Source: Clostridiales bacterium UBA6981
GTDB lineage: Bacteria; Bacillota; Clostridia; Oscillospirales; Oscillospiraceae
Direction of reading: 5' to 3'
Length of the DNA stretch: 64,000 bases
NCBI GenBank assembly: GCA_002450075.1
Contig: DJYJ01000015.1
Span: 2,377-66,376 of the forward strand
In this document: positions 62,366 to 64,000 of the stretch, one piece after another
Layout: each line of letters starts with the position of its first letter
How positions within the stretch are numbered: the first letter of the stretch is position 1
Position numbers and translations under genes: made by a program
Notes under the pieces: generated by a model
Database searches by the model: none
The model's input: the letters and a program-made list of their open reading frames with translations, nothing else
Told to the model about the DNA's origin: nothing

Positions 62366-62758
62366 TTATGCCTGGATCGCCTTTACAAGGCATTCTACTC
62401 CCAGTATTTGAATGGCTCTTTTTATGTTGTATGCCAAAAATGCAAGCGAAAGCTCACCTTCTGCTTTTGGAATCCCTCGCAACAGAAGATATGAAATACC
62501 AAGATTCAGTTTTACGGATCCAAATACATGTTCAATGATGCATTTACGCTGCGAAGCTGTATTCGGATCAGCAAGCACATGATGTTTCTTCAAAGGCATC
62601 GGCGAACCGTCATATTCCCGACTGAATTCCAACAGCTTTATGAACCGTGATGCTACATAGTATCTCGCATCTGTACAGCGGTTTGGGCAGTTCCTGCACG
62701 CTTTACAATTTTTGTATTTCGCTTCATGCTTGCTTTTTACATAAGCACTGGGAAACAA
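62366..62758 (-). pseudogene. C-terminal fragment of an IS1182/IS5-type DDE transposase
   Basis: CKACRNCPNRCT...QRKCIIEHVFGSVKLNLGISYLLLRGIPKAEGELSLAFLAYNIKRAIQILG matches the conserved C-terminus of these transposases. Only about 130 aa are present, the upstream catalytic region is absent, and the segment is low-GC. Confidence 0.65.
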
Positions 62759-62930
62759 ATATCCTTAACGAAAGGAATGGAGGCGGGTCTTTTCGCGCTG
62801 CGGCTCGGTCACGGCACGGCTCTGACGCGCCCCCGGCGCGTCATTCACTCCCGTGCCGCCGCTTCGCTACCCCTCGAGCTCTCCCGCGGCTCTGTTATCT
62901 GAGCTTTTTCGGAGGTTTTTTGACAGTCTC

Positions 62931-62966
62931 AAAATCCGGTCCGGGAGTTCCCGGACCGGATTTTTT
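62931..62966. repeat. palindromic hairpin, copy 2 (terminator of the mntR-like gene)
   Basis: AAAATCCGGTCCGGGAGTTCCCGGACCGGATTTTTT, identical core to 24046-24080. It lies 11 nt after the regulator stop. Confidence 0.85.
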
Positions 62967-62976
62967 CATGGTTTGC

Positions 62977-63342
62977 TTACAGCTTTTTCATCAGCTGCTT
63001 GATCGCACGGAAGGACTCGTCGCTGATGTCATGCTCGATCTTGCAGGCGTCCTCGGCCGCCGTTTCGGCATTGACGCCGAGCGAGGAGAGGAAATCCGTC
63101 AGGACGGTGTGACGCTCGTAGATCTTGTCCGCGACCTCGTGCCCCGCGTCGGTCAGCGTGATATAGCCGTCCTCATCGACGACGATATAGCCGCCGTTTC
63201 TGAGCAGACCAACCGCCCGGCTGACGCTTGGCTTGGAAAAGCCCATATACTCGGCTACATCAAGGCTGCGGACATGGCCGCCCTTGAGAGAGAGGATGTG
63301 AATGGTCTCAAGATACATCTCGCCGGATTCCAGCAAGCGCAT
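62977..63342 (-). CDS. DtxR/MntR-family metal-dependent transcriptional repressor
   Basis: GEMYLETIHIL, VRSLDVAEYMGFSKPSVSRAVGLLRNGGYI, HEVADKIYERHTVLTDFL are typical DtxR-family wHTH plus metal-site helices. 121 aa. Confidence 0.8.
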   Translation of the reverse strand: MRLLESGEMYLETIHILSLKGGHVRSLDVAEYMGFSKPSVSRAVGLLRNGGYIVVDEDGYITLTDAGHEVADKIYERHTVLTDFLSSLGVNAETAAEDACKIEHDISDESFRAIKQLMKKL

Positions 63343-63377
63343 GGCGACCGCCTCCTGTTTCTTTAATAGGTAAAATT

Positions 63378-63405
63378 ATTATACCACAAAAATTTGAAAT
63401 AGCAA
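63378..63405 (-). promoter_or_regulatory. sigma-A promoter (extended -10) of the DtxR/MntR-family gene
   Basis: On the minus strand: TTGCTA, 16 nt, TGgTATAAT. Confidence 0.55.
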
Positions 63406-63425
63406 GCCGCATTGCCGAAAAGACA

Positions 63426-64000
63426 TCACTTTTCGGAATAGGCGGCAAGGACGCCCTTGTAGGTCATATAGCAATCGAACTTGGCGACGACCTCAAAGGG
63501 GGCGTGCATGCTGAGCACCGGAACACCGGCGTCGATCGTGTCGATGTTGCGGTTGGCCATGAATTTGGCGATCGTGCCGCCGCCGCCCTGGTCGACCTTG
63601 CCGAGCTCGGCCATCTGCCAGACGACCTTGTTTTCGGCAAGCAGACGGCGCAGATGTCCCACGACCTCGGCCGAGGCGTCGCTGCTGCCGGATTTGCCGC
63701 GGGCGCCGGTAAACTTGCACACACCGAGACCGTAGTTGATGCGCGAGGCGTTGCTCTTTTCCGAGACCTCCGGATAGAGGGGGTCAAGGGCGGCGGTCAC
63801 GTCGGCGGATAGGCAGAAGCTCTTTTCATAGCAGCGGCGAAGCGCCACGCCCTCGGATTCACACAGGTCGGCCATGAAGGTGTCGAAGGCCTCGCTCTGC
63901 ATGCCGGAAACGCCCTCGGAGCCGATTTCCTCCTTGTCCGCGAGGATGCAGACGCAGGTACGCTCGGGCTCTTCGACATCAAAGATGGCCTTGAGCTCGG
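63426..64000 (-). CDS. M18-family aminopeptidase, C-terminal part (5' end outside window)
   Basis: The frame stays open to the window edge. ILADKEEIGSEGVSGMQS, GGGGTIAKF and VLSMHAPFE blocks are typical of M18 aminopeptidases. Confidence 0.75.
   Translation of the reverse strand, partial: ELKAIFDVEEPERTCVCILADKEEIGSEGVSGMQSEAFDTFMADLCESEGVALRRCYEKSFCLSADVTAALDPLYPEVSEKSNASRINYGLGVCKFTGARGKSGSSDASAEVVGHLRRLLAENKVVWQMAELGKVDQGGGGTIAKFMANRNIDTIDAGVPVLSMHAPFEVVAKFDCYMTYKGVLAAYSEK

Noticed and set aside
62036-62411. ORFs 62036-62350 (-) and 61953-62411 (+) downstream of the transposase fragment
   Set aside because: The region is low-GC debris with no RBS and no motifs. It is probably the non-coding end of the eroded IS.
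62850-62873. Minus-strand string GGGGTAGCGAAGCGGCGGCACGGG resembling a tRNA 5' end
   Set aside because: No T-loop (GTTCRANYC), anticodon arm or acceptor complement could be found around it.
24046-62966. Idea that the two identical palindromes delimit a 39-kb mobile element or island
   Set aside because: The interval includes core genes (guaA, pyrG, glmS, asnB, hup). There is no integrase, recombinase or tRNA at the ends. The repeats are palindromic terminators, so they are more likely a dispersed repeat.

Overview
64-kb window from a high-GC Gram-positive, Clostridia-like chromosome. The lineage guess rests on GGAGG-type ribosome binding sites, LxxC lipoprotein signals, an LCP protein and a T-box leader. 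All calls were made by eye from motifs and ORF structure; no database or folding program was run. Layout: (1) 1-20.3 kb is a glycan-utilisation cluster with a SASA-type esterase, GH43, GH2, GH39, GH3 and GH78 enzymes, an alpha/beta esterase, beta-phosphoglucomutase, a CUT2-type ABC importer and a divergent AraC regulator. (2) 20.6-34.3 kb is mixed accessory: an MBL hydrolase, a membrane C-type-lectin protein, an LCP ligase, a hybrid histidine kinase coupled to an orphan solute-binding protein, HU, MarR, a Na+/solute symporter, and a zinc-ribbon plus lipoprotein pair. (3) 34.4-47.9 kb is the main find. It is a same-strand island encoding two HTH proteins, an LRR receptor-like Ser/Thr kinase, an HD-RyR phosphohydrolase, an unknown protein, three membrane-anchored TIR-TM-LRR proteins (one looks catalytic, two degenerate) and a SLOG-like protein fused to transmembrane hairpins. 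This resembles Thoeris logic (TIR plus SLOG) with Toll-like-receptor topology, and I do not recognise it as a described system. (4) 48.2-61.6 kb is a dense ammonia/glutamine-nitrogen cluster: guaA, pyrG, LysR, asnB with an Asn T-box, twin conserved 20/21-aa sORFs, an Amt-PII fusion, nadE, a frameshifted type III glutamine synthetase, and glmS without a ribozyme. (5) 61.6-64 kb holds a low-GC mobile-element remnant, a DtxR/MntR regulator and a partial M18 aminopeptidase. No rRNA, tRNA or CRISPR array was seen. Many long ORFs in the track are antisense shadow ORFs typical of high-GC DNA and were not called.
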